From Candidatus Dadabacteria bacterium (GTDB lineage Bacteria > Desulfobacterota_D > UBA1144 > Nemesobacterales > Nemesobacteraceae): DNA of 64,000 nt. The stretch is taken from the NCBI GenBank assembly GCA_022827275.1, contig JAJDTG010000015.1, positions 67,646-131,645 on the forward strand, given 5' to 3'. The position numbers and the translations under genes are program-made. Below are positions 38,419 through 48,784 of this stretch, piece by piece (the stretch's first letter is position 1; each line of letters opens with the position of its first letter). A model generated the notes under the pieces. It was not told the origin of the DNA and did not search any database. It saw only the letters and a program-made list of their open reading frames with translations.

Positions 38419-39303
38419 ATGGAAGAAAGCAGAAACCTGATCACAAGAATTGCCACGGCCGTCGTTGCCGTACCGATACTTCTTCTCATATTCTACCACG
38501 GGGGAGTGTACTATCTCGCTTTCATGTGCCTGGTTGCGGCTCTTTGCTCCGTTGAGTTCTTCGCGCTTGCGGGCCCGGATATCCGGAAGTCGAGAAGAAC
38601 TTATATAACGGCTATCTCCCTGCTTCTGATCGTGAGCGCGTTTTTCGACTTCCTGCTCATGAGTTTTTTCTTCACCTTTTTGATATTTCTTTCCATAATA
38701 CTTGAATTTCGCAAAAAGGATTTCAGCGACTGCCTGCGAGACCTCGGCATGACCCTTCTGCCGCTTATATATTTCGGCTGGATGCTTGCCCACGGGGTGT
38801 TGCTGAGAAATATCCCGGGCGGCGAGGGCGCCCTGAATTACGGTTCGTTTTACGGGGCTCCGGAGGGCGTAGGGTTTTTTCTCGTGGCGCTTGCGGTCTC
38901 CTGCACTTTTCTTAACGACGCCGGAGCGTATTCCTTCGGAAAAGCTTTCGGGAAGAAGAAGCTTGCCCGTCACATAAGTTCGGGCAAGACCGTGGTGGGG
39001 CTCATCGGGGGATTCTTTGTTTCGGTCGTAAGCGCTTTCGTGGTGAATCTTGTATTCGGCAGCCCTCTTCCAGCCCTCTGGGTGGTCCTTTACGCGGTAA
39101 TAATAGCCGGGGCCGCAGTTGCCGGCGATCTTTTCGAGTCCACCATAAAAAGGGGGGCGGGGGTGAAGGACTCCGGTTCCCTGATTCCCGGACATGGCGG
39201 GGTGCTTGACAGGTTCGACAGCCTGATATTCGTTTTCCCCTGTACATATTACACTTCACTGATCTTTTTCCACCGTTACGGCGAGATGGTTCTATGGGGG
39301 TGA
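38419..39303 (+). CDS. cdsA: phosphatidate cytidylyltransferase
   Basis: GDLFESTIKRGAGVKDSGSLIPGHGGVLDRFDS. Confidence 0.95.
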   Translation: MEESRNLITRIATAVVAVPILLLIFYHGGVYYLAFMCLVAALCSVEFFALAGPDIRKSRRTYITAISLLLIVSAFFDFLLMSFFFTFLIFLSIILEFRKKDFSDCLRDLGMTLLPLIYFGWMLAHGVLLRNIPGGEGALNYGSFYGAPEGVGFFLVALAVSCTFLNDAGAYSFGKAFGKKKLARHISSGKTVVGLIGGFFVSVVSAFVVNLVFGSPLPALWVVLYAVIIAGAAVAGDLFESTIKRGAGVKDSGSLIPGHGGVLDRFDSLIFVFPCTYYTSLIFFHRYGEMVLWG

Positions 39304-39305
39304 GT

Positions 39306-39737
39306 ATGGAGATATCCATAGTGGACAGGGAGGGATTCATTGACGCTCCAGCCAGGGAAGAGCTTGTGTCCCTGATCGAAAAAATACTCGCCTATCTCGA
39401 TCTCTCCGCCCGAAGCGAGCTCTGCGTCTCGCTTGTAAGCGACGGGGACATGCGGGAGCTTAACAGGCAGTACAGGCAGATTGACTCGACTACGGATGTT
39501 CTCTGCTTTCCGCAGAAAAACGAGGCAACCCCGGATCTTCTGGGCGATATAGTGATATCCTACCAGACGGCCCTCCGTCACTCCCGGAGGCTTGAGATCA
39601 CAATGGACGAAGAACTTCGTCTGCTTATAGTCCATGCGGTCCTGCACCTGCTCGGATTTGACCACAAGAAGAAAAAAGAAAGGGAGATGATGAGGGAGAA
39701 GGAAAAAGAGGTGCTTGACTACCTTGCTGAAAGGTGA
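39306..39737 (+). CDS. ybeY: rRNA maturation RNase YbeY
   Basis: LNRQYR..DSTTDVL, LGDIVIS, HAVLHLLGFDH. Confidence 0.95.
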   Translation: MEISIVDREGFIDAPAREELVSLIEKILAYLDLSARSELCVSLVSDGDMRELNRQYRQIDSTTDVLCFPQKNEATPDLLGDIVISYQTALRHSRRLEITMDEELRLLIVHAVLHLLGFDHKKKKEREMMREKEKEVLDYLAER

Positions 39738-39877
39738 AAATGTGCTTAAGAAAACACCAAGATTTCCAGTCTTCGACCTTGGTAATTCTCGGCTTGCTCT
39801 TCTCATCTTCTTCCCATTTGGTAGAAATTGAATTTGTTCAAATACCATTGATATAGTATTTCTCAGGAGAGAAAACC

Positions 39878-40159
39878 ATGGCCAAGCTGAAAGAGGAAAT
39901 TGCCGCTTACGAAGAAATGCGTGATGACTTGGAACTTGATCACTTTGGAAAGTGGGTCATTGTCCATGACAAGGAACTTGCCGGAACATACGACTCTTTT
40001 GAGTTGGCAGCTGAAGACGCTGTAAAACGTTTCGGTCGGGGTCCCTACCTTATACGGAAAGTCGGTGCATCACCAATAACGCTTCCTGCTTACCTGCTGT
40101 ACCACACAGATTGTAGTCCCCACAAGAAACAGTCTGAAGGAAGCAATCGTTTTCAATAA
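39878..40159 (+). CDS. DUF5678-like small protein
   Basis: HFGKWVIVHDKELAGTYDSFE.A...FG..PYLIRKVG. Confidence 0.6.
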   Translation: MAKLKEEIAAYEEMRDDLELDHFGKWVIVHDKELAGTYDSFELAAEDAVKRFGRGPYLIRKVGASPITLPAYLLYHTDCSPHKKQSEGSNRFQ

Positions 40160-40422
40160 CGCGGAAACCATGGGATTAAGCAACAAGGAGATGCGAGAAC
40201 GCATTTCGAGAAGCAAGAAAAAAGCGGTCGAGAAAAAGAAGAAATCATAATTGTCCCCCCGATTATTCCTATAGAGATTGACCCAGTTATACAGACCGTA
40301 GTACAGACCACGACCTAGGTTGTTCTGGCAATCGCAACTTGATTTTCTTTTCTAGATTGATATATCTTTTTAGAGTCAAAATGGACCGGTTGTTTAACTG
40401 CATGTCGGGAGGGCAGATCTAA

Positions 40423-40683
40423 ATGGAGAATCTAGTTTTTGAGGTTTCTTGGGATGAGGAAGCCGAGGTCTGGTACACTTCGGAAACTCCCATTCAAGGG
40501 GCAATGGCCGAGGCTCCGACTCTTGAAGAGTTAAGCAAAAAGCTGTCTGTGATTATTCCTGAAGTGCTAGCTGTAGATCGGGAAACGGAGGCTACTCACT
40601 CTGTCTTTGCTTCAAGCAAAACTCCCAAAGAAAATCCTTTGCCTTTTATAGTGAGATCCCTGCATTATACACACGCAACTTAG
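40423..40683 (+). CDS. DUF1902/HicB-like antitoxin
   Basis: WDEEAEVWY...IQG...EAPTLEEL...IPE; adjacent to a HicA gene. Confidence 0.75.
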   Translation: MENLVFEVSWDEEAEVWYTSETPIQGAMAEAPTLEELSKKLSVIIPEVLAVDRETEATHSVFASSKTPKENPLPFIVRSLHYTHAT

Positions 40684-40877
40684 TGGCTACCTATACTCCC
40701 AAGGTAAAGAAAATTTTGAGAAGACACGGATTCTCTTTTCATAGATCAGGAAAAGGAGATCACGAGATCTGGCTAAATCCAGAAACCAGAATAAAAGCAA
40801 CCGTCGATGGCAAGATAAAATCCCGGCACTTTGCAAACAGGATTCTTAAGAATGCAGGGATTGATGAAACCGTCTGA
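40683..40877 (+). CDS. hicA: HicA-family toxin
   Basis: LRRHGF...GKGDHEIW...ANRILKNAGI. Confidence 0.85.
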   Translation: MATYTPKVKKILRRHGFSFHRSGKGDHEIWLNPETRIKATVDGKIKSRHFANRILKNAGIDETV

Positions 40878-40961
40878 CCCCCCTTTTTTCTCTCATTTAT
40901 GTAACATTGTATATGACCCTCGAATTTCTAGTATTAAGGGAATTTTTCAAAGGTTAAATCG

Positions 40962-41288
40962 ATGGGAACCATGGCATTAACGCGTAGTTTCAGGGAGATA
41001 GTAAAGGAGCGTGCGATGGGAGACCCCGAGTTCCGCGTCGGGCTTCTGACCGAAGCGATTGAGTGCGTGCTCAATGATCAAATCGACGTAGCGAAGGTAT
41101 TGCTGCGAGACTATGTTAACGCGACAGTCGGTTTCGAGGAGCTTGGAGTTCTTACGAAGAAAAACCCGAAGAGCTTGATGCGCATGCTCAGTCCGGGAGG
41201 AAACCCGAGTCTTAAGAATATTTCCTCTCTGCTGGCACCTTTAAAAGAACATGAAGGAGTCAAGCTCCACGTGCATGCAGTCAGATAA
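40962..41288 (+). CDS. HTH addiction-module antidote-like regulator (orphan)
   Basis: LRDYVNATVGFEEL...KSLMRMLSPGGNP. Confidence 0.75.
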   Translation: MGTMALTRSFREIVKERAMGDPEFRVGLLTEAIECVLNDQIDVAKVLLRDYVNATVGFEELGVLTKKNPKSLMRMLSPGGNPSLKNISSLLAPLKEHEGVKLHVHAVR

Positions 41289-41327
41289 TCAATACGTCCA
41301 CGCAGGAGGTGGAGTAGGGAGTTCCGG

Positions 41328-41879
41328 TCACCCCGGTTCCTTAAAATCCTCTTTAATCTTCTCGATTTCCTTTACTGTGGGCAGGTCCTTCAGGTTTTTA
41401 AGACCGAATGTCTCGAGAAAAAGATCGGTGGTCCTGTAGAGAAAAGGCTTTCCCGGAACTTCCTTCCTTCCCGCGATCTCGATGAACCTTCTCTCAAGGA
41501 GCATGCTCACGCTGCTTGAGCAGTCAACCCCTCTTATCTTCTCAACCTCGATTTTCGTAACGGGCTGCTCGTAAGCCATTATGGCAAGCACTTCAAGGGC
41601 GGCCTTGGAGAGCCTGAATTTCTTTATTTCCTTGTTAAACTCGACTATGTATTGCGAGTACTCGGGACGGGTCCTGAACTGATATCCCCCCGCGACTCTG
41701 CTTAGAAAGAAGCTTCGCCCCATCTCCTCCCAGCGCTTTTCTAGTTCGTCGAGAGCGACGGTTATCTCTTTTTTCTCAGCGTCCTTAAGAAACCCGGAGA
41801 TTTCCTGAATAGTTAAAGGGTGTTTAGAAACGAATATCAAGCATTCTATTATATTTTCAAGAGAACTTCTATCGTCCAT
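41328..41879 (-). CDS. scpB: SMC-Scp complex subunit ScpB
   Basis: LSKAALEVLAIMAYEQPVT..E..IRGV, PGKP.LY.TT. Confidence 0.95.
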   Translation of the reverse strand: MDDRSSLENIIECLIFVSKHPLTIQEISGFLKDAEKKEITVALDELEKRWEEMGRSFFLSRVAGGYQFRTRPEYSQYIVEFNKEIKKFRLSKAALEVLAIMAYEQPVTKIEVEKIRGVDCSSSVSMLLERRFIEIAGRKEVPGKPFLYRTTDLFLETFGLKNLKDLPTVKEIEKIKEDFKEPG

Positions 41880-42618
41880 TTTCCTCCCTCAGAATTATCT
41901 TTATGGGCTCTTCGAAGGTCGGCTGAAAAACATCCAGGACGCCTTCTTTCAGCAGTTCCAGTATCGAGAGAAAGGTTACCACGAGTTTCATGCGGTTTTT
42001 ATCCCCCTCGAAGAGGTCCCCGAAGAGAACCTCTTTTTCTCTCCTGATTATTTCGATTATCTGGTCTTTTCTCTCCTCAACGCTGTAAGTCTGTGGTGTA
42101 AGGGATATTTCCCTTGTCTCAGCCTTCTTTGTGTCTTCGCATATCTTGGAGAAGGCGTCCACCAGGGACCAGAGGTCGAATTTCACGAATTCCGTCTCTT
42201 CTGCCGGCTCTCCGAACATTTCCCTGCGGTCGTAACCCGCCAGGAAGACGTCTTTTCCGAGAATCTCCATCCCCCCGAGCTCCGCCGCCGCGCTTCTGTA
42301 CTTCTCATACTCAAGCAGGCGTCTTACGAGTTCCTCCCTGGGGTCCTCTTCCTCCTCTTCGCCTTCTTCCTTTATCCTGGGAAGAAGCATGCGTGACTTT
42401 ATGTACCCCAGTTCGGCCGCCATGGACATGTAGTCCCCGACGATCTCGAGGTTCACGTCCTTCAGGAACTCCAGATATTCAAGGTACTGCTCGGTTATGA
42501 GCGCAATGGGTATGTCGTAGATGTCCACCTCGTGTTTCTTTATGAGGTGAATCAGCAGGTCAAGCGGGCCGTTGAATATCTCGAGCTGTACGCTGTAGGC
42601 TGACTGCGGGTCTTCCAT
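41869..42618 (-). CDS. scpA: segregation/condensation protein ScpA
   Basis: FNGPLDLLIHLI, IKSRMLLP, DPREELVRRLLEY. Confidence 0.95.
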   Translation of the reverse strand: MEDPQSAYSVQLEIFNGPLDLLIHLIKKHEVDIYDIPIALITEQYLEYLEFLKDVNLEIVGDYMSMAAELGYIKSRMLLPRIKEEGEEEEEDPREELVRRLLEYEKYRSAAAELGGMEILGKDVFLAGYDRREMFGEPAEETEFVKFDLWSLVDAFSKICEDTKKAETREISLTPQTYSVEERKDQIIEIIRREKEVLFGDLFEGDKNRMKLVVTFLSILELLKEGVLDVFQPTFEEPIKIILREENGR

Positions 42619-42642
42619 TTCTCCCTTTCTCTTGCCGAACCG

Positions 42643-43305
42643 CTACGGGTTCATTGCCCGGATCACGACCTCAAGTTCGCTCGGGCTGAAATTGCACATT
42701 TCTATAAAGATAACCACAGGAACGCGTATGAAGTAACCCAGGAATTTCCCGCCGAACAGGAAAAAGGCGAAAAGAATGAATATTCCGTAGGTTTCAAATC
42801 TCGCGTACCTGTAAGCGAGACTGTCGGGAAGCAGTCCGTAGAGCACCCGCGAGCCGTCAAGCGGCGGAACGGGGATCATGTTGAAAACGGCAAGCACTAT
42901 CCCTATGTACATGAACCACACGAGCATCCGCGCGGCGACGTCGACCCCGCTTCCCGGAGTTATGGCCGCGGAGTTCTCGAATATGACCTTTAGAATCACG
43001 GCAGCCGCAATCGCCGTCAGAATATTGGATATGGGCCCCGCGATCGCGACCATAAGCATGTCTTTTTTCGGGTTCCTGAAGTTTCTCGGGTCAACGGGAA
43101 CCGGTTTCGCCCACCCGAAGTGCACGATGAAAAGCAGCAGGGTTCCCAGGACATCAAGGTGCACGAGAGGGTTAAGCGAGAGTCTTCCCTGTCTCTTCGC
43201 AGTGTCGTCCCCGAGCCTGTGGGCCACAAGCGCGTGGGCGTATTCGTGTATGGTAAGCGAGAAAAGGATTACGGGGACCAGTATTATGAGAAATTGGTAG
43301 TTCAT
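42643..43305 (-). CDS. site-2 protease family (M50) metalloprotease
   Basis: HEYAH, GWAKPVPV, FNMIPVPPLDG. Confidence 0.92.
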   Translation of the reverse strand: MNYQFLIILVPVILFSLTIHEYAHALVAHRLGDDTAKRQGRLSLNPLVHLDVLGTLLLFIVHFGWAKPVPVDPRNFRNPKKDMLMVAIAGPISNILTAIAAAVILKVIFENSAAITPGSGVDVAARMLVWFMYIGIVLAVFNMIPVPPLDGSRVLYGLLPDSLAYRYARFETYGIFILFAFFLFGGKFLGYFIRVPVVIFIEMCNFSPSELEVVIRAMNP

Positions 43306-43314
43306 ATCTATAGT

Positions 43315-44208
43315 TTACGCCCTTGGGTGAGATTTTTCGTGTATGCGTTTCAGTCTTTCTTTTTCAACGTAAGTGTATATCTGGGTCGTGGATATGTCCG
43401 AGTGACCGAGCATGGCCTGTATGGCCCGCAGGTCGGCCCCCCGCTCAAGCAGGTGCGTGGCGAAGGAGTGGCGAAGCACGTGGGGGGTTATGTGGGAGTG
43501 TATGCCTGCGGCGAGGGCATAGTCCTTTATCATGCGCCAGAAGCGCTGGCGGCTCATCTTGGAGCCGGTTCTCGAGGTAACGAAAAGGTACTCCGAGCTC
43601 CTTTCGCGAAGGAGTCTCGGCCTTGAGTCAGAAAGGTAGTCCCTTACTTTCCTGATTGCGGCGTCGCCTATGGGAACTATTCTCTCCTTGCTTCCCTTGC
43701 CGAGGGTGATGACGTAGCCGTGGTCAAGATTGACGCGGTTAAGCTCAAGTGAGATCAGCTCAGATACCCTGACTCCGGTGGCGTAGAGAACCTCGAGCAT
43801 CGCGCGGTCCCTCAGCGCTTCTGCGGACTTGCCCTCCTCGGGTTCCCGAAGGAGTCTCTCGACCTCTTCAAGCGAGAGAGTGTGGGGGAGGGTTTTCGGG
43901 GGCTTGGGAGAGACGGTGTTTCTGAGCGGATCCTCGGTTATGACGCTTTCTGTCAGCAGGAACCTGAAGAACTGCTTTATGGAAACTATGTTTCTCGCCA
44001 CGCTTCTCGGGGAGAGTTTCTTTTTTCTCAGGTGATCGAAAAAAGCGGCTATCTCGCCTTCGCTTACGGCTGCGGGGTTGGATATGCCCCTTTTGTCTAG
44101 AAAAGCCGCAAGGGACGTTATGTCCCTTGAATATGACTGAATGGTGTTTTTCGAAAGGCCCCTGTTCACAGTAAGATATACAAGGAACGAATCGACATGT
44201 TCATCCAT
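43315..44208 (-). CDS. xerD: tyrosine recombinase XerD
   Basis: LYATGVRVSEL, GKGSKER, HVLRHSFATH, LGHSDISTTQIY. Confidence 0.93.
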   Translation of the reverse strand: MDEHVDSFLVYLTVNRGLSKNTIQSYSRDITSLAAFLDKRGISNPAAVSEGEIAAFFDHLRKKKLSPRSVARNIVSIKQFFRFLLTESVITEDPLRNTVSPKPPKTLPHTLSLEEVERLLREPEEGKSAEALRDRAMLEVLYATGVRVSELISLELNRVNLDHGYVITLGKGSKERIVPIGDAAIRKVRDYLSDSRPRLLRERSSEYLFVTSRTGSKMSRQRFWRMIKDYALAAGIHSHITPHVLRHSFATHLLERGADLRAIQAMLGHSDISTTQIYTYVEKERLKRIHEKSHPRA

Positions 44209-44213
44209 TAATC

Positions 44214-45470
44214 TTATGTTCCAACCTGCCAGGAACTTAGATATTTCTTCTGTTCGGCCGTCAGGGTGTCTATGGTGACTCCCAGGGTCTTAAGCTTTAT
44301 CTTGGATATCAGGCGGTCTATTTTCTCCGGAACGTCGTGAACGTCGTTTGCAAGCGTCCCTCCGTTTTTCACCATGTACTCGCAGCAGAGCGCCTGGTTG
44401 GCGAAGCTCATGTCCATCACGCTTGAAGGGTGCCCTTCGGCCGCGGCGAGGTTTATGAGCCTTCCTCCGCCGAGAACGTTGACTCTCCTTCCGTTCTCGA
44501 GGGTATGTTCCTCAACATACTCCCTTATGGCTCTTTTAGAGGTTGTTATCTCGGCAAGGGCGTCAAGATCGAGTTCCACGTTGAAGTGTCCGGAATTGGC
44601 CACTATAGCCCCGTCTTTCATTTTCTCAAAGTGCTTTTTCCTTATTACGTGTATGTTGCCCGTAACGGTGCAGAAGAAGTCTCCAAGCGGCGCTGCCTTC
44701 TCCATCGTCATTACCCTGAATCCGTCCATCGTGGCCTCGAGTCCCGCAAGCGGCTCAACCTCGGTTACGATGACGTTCGCTCCGAGTCCCCTGGCTCTCA
44801 TGGCAAGCCCTTTTCCGCACCATCCGTATCCCGCGACTACGAAGGTCGTGCCGGAGACAAGCCTGTTGGTGGCGCGTATGATTCCGTCAAGGGTGCTCTG
44901 CCCCGTGCCGTAGCGGTTATCGAAAAGGTGCTTGGTATCCGCGTTGTTAACGGCGACTATCGGATACTGAAGCACTCCGTCATCCGCCATGCTCTTGAGT
45001 CTTATTACTCCGGTTGTCGTTTCCTCGGTTCCCCCGATTACGTCGTCTATCAGGTCTTTTCGGTCCGTGTGCAGGGTTGATACCAGATCCGCCCCGTCAT
45101 CCATGGTCACGTGCGGGCGGGCGGCCAGCACTGCGTTTATATGCTTGTAATAGGTTTTCGTGTTCTCTCCCTTTATCGCGAAAACGGAGATCTTGTGGTT
45201 CTTTACCAGATGGGCGGCGACGTCGTCCTGCGTGCTGAGGGGGTTTGACGCGCAGAGGTAGGCTTCTGCTCCTCCGGCCTTGAGGGTGGTCATCAGGTTT
45301 CCGGTTTCCGTGGTAACGTGAAGGCACGCGGCGACTCTTACTCCCTTAAGCGGCTTTTCCTTCTTGAATCTTTCCTCTATCTGTTTGAGAACGGGCATTT
45401 CCTGCGCGGCCCATTCGCTTCTCAGTTTCCCCTCGCGGGCAAGCTTTAAGTCTTTTAAGTGGTAATCCAT
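44214..45470 (-). CDS. ahcY: adenosylhomocysteinase
   Basis: [32 protein letters not shown]. Confidence 0.97.
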   Translation of the reverse strand: MDYHLKDLKLAREGKLRSEWAAQEMPVLKQIEERFKKEKPLKGVRVAACLHVTTETGNLMTTLKAGGAEAYLCASNPLSTQDDVAAHLVKNHKISVFAIKGENTKTYYKHINAVLAARPHVTMDDGADLVSTLHTDRKDLIDDVIGGTEETTTGVIRLKSMADDGVLQYPIVAVNNADTKHLFDNRYGTGQSTLDGIIRATNRLVSGTTFVVAGYGWCGKGLAMRARGLGANVIVTEVEPLAGLEATMDGFRVMTMEKAAPLGDFFCTVTGNIHVIRKKHFEKMKDGAIVANSGHFNVELDLDALAEITTSKRAIREYVEEHTLENGRRVNVLGGGRLINLAAAEGHPSSVMDMSFANQALCCEYMVKNGGTLANDVHDVPEKIDRLISKIKLKTLGVTIDTLTAEQKKYLSSWQVGT

Positions 45471-45520
45471 TTGTTCCTCCGTTGCTTTTTCGCGGTCAGA
45501 AGCCCCGAGCGCTCTTTGGC

Positions 45521-46669
45521 TCAGGCGTTCTCCAGGGCTTTTTTAAGTTCCGCGATTCTGTCTGTTTTCTCCCATGAGAAAGTTTCTTCGTTTCTGCCGA
45601 AATGGCCATAGGAAGCAGTTTTCCTGTAGATGGGCCGTCTGAGTCCCAGGTGCGATATTATTCCCTCGGGAGTAAGGTCGAAAATCTCCCTCACTGCTTC
45701 CGAGATCTTCTCTTCCGCCACAGCGGCCGTGCCGAAGGTGTCGATCATTACTGAAACCGGCTCCGCGACTCCGATGGCGTAGGCAAGCTGCACCTCGCAG
45801 CGCGAGGCAAGAGAGGCCGCGACTATGTTTTTCGCCACGTACCTTGCCATGTAGGCCGCACTTCTGTCGACCTTGGAGGGGTCTTTCCCCGAAAACGCCC
45901 CGCCGCCGTGTCTTGACCATCCGCCGTAGGTGTCGACTATGATCTTTCTCCCGGTAAGGCCGGTGTCTCCCATGGGACCCCCGATTACGAAGTTCCCGGT
46001 GGGATTTATATGAATTTTCGTGTCCCCGGAAACAAGCGTTCCGATGCAGGGATTTATTACGTTCTCCCTGATTCCCTCGATGAGGTCCTCGCGCGAGACT
46101 TCCTCTGAGTGCTGCGATGATATCACTACTGCGTCCACTGCAACCGGTTTTCCGTTTTCGTACCTGAAGGTGATCTGGCTTTTTCCGTCGGGCCTTAAAA
46201 AGGGCAGGGTGCCGTCTTTTCTTACCTCGGAAAGACGCTTTGCCAGCCTGTGGGCGTAGAGTATGGGGGAGGGCATGAATTCTTCGGTCTCATCGCATGC
46301 GTAGCCGAACATGAGCCCCTGGTCGCCGGCTCCTTCCTTGTCGACCCCGAGAGCTATGTCCTGGGACTGCTTGTCGATCGTCAGGAGGACCGAACAGGTG
46401 TCCGCGTCAAATCCCATCGCGCTGTCCGTGTAGCCGATCTCTTTTATCGTGTCTCTCACCACCTGCCGTATGTCGACCTGGCTTTTTGTCGTTATCTCGG
46501 CGGAGATCACCACAAGGCCGGTTGTGATCAGCGTCTCGCACGCGACCCTGCTTCCGGAATCCTGCTCGATCATGGCGTCGAGTATCGCATCTGATATTTG
46601 ATCCGCAATCTTGTCCGGGTGACCTTCCGTTACGGATTCTGAGGTGAATATGAAGTTTTTAGGGGGCAT
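45521..46669 (-). CDS. metK: S-adenosylmethionine synthetase
   Basis: [28 protein letters not shown]. Confidence 0.98.
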   Translation of the reverse strand: MPPKNFIFTSESVTEGHPDKIADQISDAILDAMIEQDSGSRVACETLITTGLVVISAEITTKSQVDIRQVVRDTIKEIGYTDSAMGFDADTCSVLLTIDKQSQDIALGVDKEGAGDQGLMFGYACDETEEFMPSPILYAHRLAKRLSEVRKDGTLPFLRPDGKSQITFRYENGKPVAVDAVVISSQHSEEVSREDLIEGIRENVINPCIGTLVSGDTKIHINPTGNFVIGGPMGDTGLTGRKIIVDTYGGWSRHGGGAFSGKDPSKVDRSAAYMARYVAKNIVAASLASRCEVQLAYAIGVAEPVSVMIDTFGTAAVAEEKISEAVREIFDLTPEGIISHLGLRRPIYRKTASYGHFGRNEETFSWEKTDRIAELKKALENA

Positions 46670-46920
46670 TAAGCGACCTCAAAAGTCCAAGTAATATAAT
46701 TATTCTGGTCTTTCTGTCAACAATCCGTTTTTTTGTAATGGGGTCAATCAGATTCACCGTTTTTTGAGCTGACTGGTTGTCCGGTTCCCGGGAATTTATC
46801 TTGATGCGCTTGAAGGCGGAACCTCGTGTCATGTATCATTTGTAGAATTTTTCAGAAGGACAAAACAGTCGGTAACACCTTCTGTGACAAAACAAGGAAT
46901 TATTGAGGAAGAGTAGACTT

Positions 46921-47695
46921 ATGAAGGGATTTTTCTTGGCTGTAGCTCTGGTTCTGGCAAGCGGTTTTATTGCTGTTCCGTCTTTTGCGCATGATGGAGA
47001 CCATCAAAACACGACCTTGGCCAGCGCCGTAATGAATGGTGTTGACAACGAGGAGAACAGGGAAGCTCTCAAAAATTTTGTTATGCACGCAAAAGCTCAT
47101 ATTGAGGAGGCTGAGTATATTGAGGATTTTCTCATTCTCCTAAGTGAATTCAGGGACGAGGACGGAGATTGGATGGCGCATGACCGCAGTATATACCTGT
47201 ACATTTTTCACAGCGGGTGAAGCCGACGAAGATGGTAAGCATCAGGAGATAGGTATTTTTAACGCACTCAGTCCACTAAGAGAAGGCACTAACATACATG
47301 ATATGACAGATGCTAACGGAGTGGAGGTTGCTCATGAACTTATAGACGCGGCAACAGAACCGGGAAGAGATGGTTTTGGCGAGTATACGTGGGATGATCC
47401 GAGAATTGAAGGGGACGAGGTGAATGAACCCGGAAAATCTCCCGGTACTTCCCCCAAGATCGGCTATACCGTAATAGTGCAACTTCCCGGCGGTGATCAG
47501 CTAACGTCAACAAGGTTTGTGCTGGGTTCCGGTTTTTACCCTACTCCATTAATGGATAGCGATAGTGATAGCGGATGTGCGATCGCAGGAGGAAACACTG
47601 GAAAAAACGGTCTCAGTTCGCTGTTTAACCTGCTTTTAGTGGTATCCGCCCTGTTTTTGGCGGTCTCGTGGAGAGCCCACACGGCCAGGAGATAA
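46921..47695 (+). pseudogene. frameshifted exported Cache-like domain protein with GCAIA-TM sorting signal
   Basis: ORF1 has a signal peptide and ends IYLYIF; ORF2 carries HDMTDANG...EYTWDDP...K.GY...GSGFY and the tail. Removing one T from 47204-47208 joins them. Confidence 0.65.
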
Positions 47696-47844
47696 ATCTG
47701 CGCATGGGTGCAGCTGCGAGTGACTGCGGGAGAGGGGGATATTATGATCTCTCCGCTCCCACGCCGTTTAAGCCCTGTTGTCACCGAGTCAGACGGATGT
47801 TTTTCCCGGGCATCTTGATTTCACAAAAAACGCGAATGCTGTTG

Positions 47845-47869
47845 GTTCCGCGCGCCTTGCGCGCGGAAC
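47845..47869. other. perfect GC-rich inverted repeat (11-bp stem)
   Basis: gttccgcgcgc-ctt-gcgcgcggaac. Confidence 0.7.
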
Positions 47870-48089
47870 GAGCAGTGCTGTCTGCATGATAGCTGCCGAG
47901 AGACTCGTAAGGTTTGTTTCCCGGTAAAAACACGCATAGTTTCGAAAAATTTTTCTGCCCCGCTATCGTCTGGGGATTCGTTTCTTGGCATGAAATGGCC
48001 TTGGTTTCCGCGCAGGGGGCGCGTGGGTTTTTGCTGTTGTTCGGGTAAAATACAGAAAAACCCCACTTCACTCTGCGGAGAATAATGAA

Positions 48090-48764
48090 ATGAAGAAACT
48101 CTTGGCTCCTTCGATACTCTCGTGTGACTATCTTCGCCTTGAAGACGAGGTAACCGCCGTCTGCCAGGCGGGCGCCGACCTAATACACGTCGACGTGATG
48201 GACGGGCATTTTGTTCCGAACATAAGCATAGGAATACCCATAGTGGAGGCGATTGCCCGGATGGAGTCGCCGCCCCAGATGGATATACACCTGATGATTG
48301 ATAGTCCCGAGAAATTCACGGAAAAATTCATAGACGCGGGCTCTCCCCACGTGAAGATCGTCACGGTCCAGATGGAAGCCTGCAACCTTCTCTACAGCGC
48401 TCTCTCATCCATCAGGTGGAGAGGGGTTATGACCGGGGTGGCACTTAACCCCGCGACCCCGATCGGAGTGATCGAGGAAAAGCTGATGGAGCTTATAGAC
48501 GTGATAGTGATAATGACCGTGGAGCCGGGATTCGGGGGTCAGAAGTTCATTCCCGAGATGCTGTCGAAAATAAGAGACCTGAGATCTCTACTTGACAAGA
48601 TGGATGGAAAGAAGCCGCTTATTGAAGCTGACGGCGGCATAAATCTCGGGAACATAAGGGAAGTGGTCGAAGCCGGGGCGGACATAGTGGTAACGGGCTC
48701 CGGAATATACAAGACGGAAAACTACGCCGATACGATGTCGGCCATGCGCGAGATGATGGAGTAG
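48090..48764 (+). CDS. rpe: ribulose-phosphate 3-epimerase
   Basis: APSILS, HVDVMDGHFVPN, MTVEPGFGGQKF, DGGIN. Confidence 0.97.
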   Translation: MKKLLAPSILSCDYLRLEDEVTAVCQAGADLIHVDVMDGHFVPNISIGIPIVEAIARMESPPQMDIHLMIDSPEKFTEKFIDAGSPHVKIVTVQMEACNLLYSALSSIRWRGVMTGVALNPATPIGVIEEKLMELIDVIVIMTVEPGFGGQKFIPEMLSKIRDLRSLLDKMDGKKPLIEADGGINLGNIREVVEAGADIVVTGSGIYKTENYADTMSAMREMME

Positions 48765-48784
48765 GGACCGGACCCGAGGGCCGC

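Noticed and set aside
43315-44208. Tyrosine recombinase as an island or integron integrase
   Set aside because: It has XerD-like sequence, sits in a housekeeping operon and is far from the island.
46670-46730. SAM riboswitch upstream of metK
   Set aside because: A TTGACA/TATATT promoter lies within about 50 nt of the start, leaving no room, and no SAM-box motif is visible.
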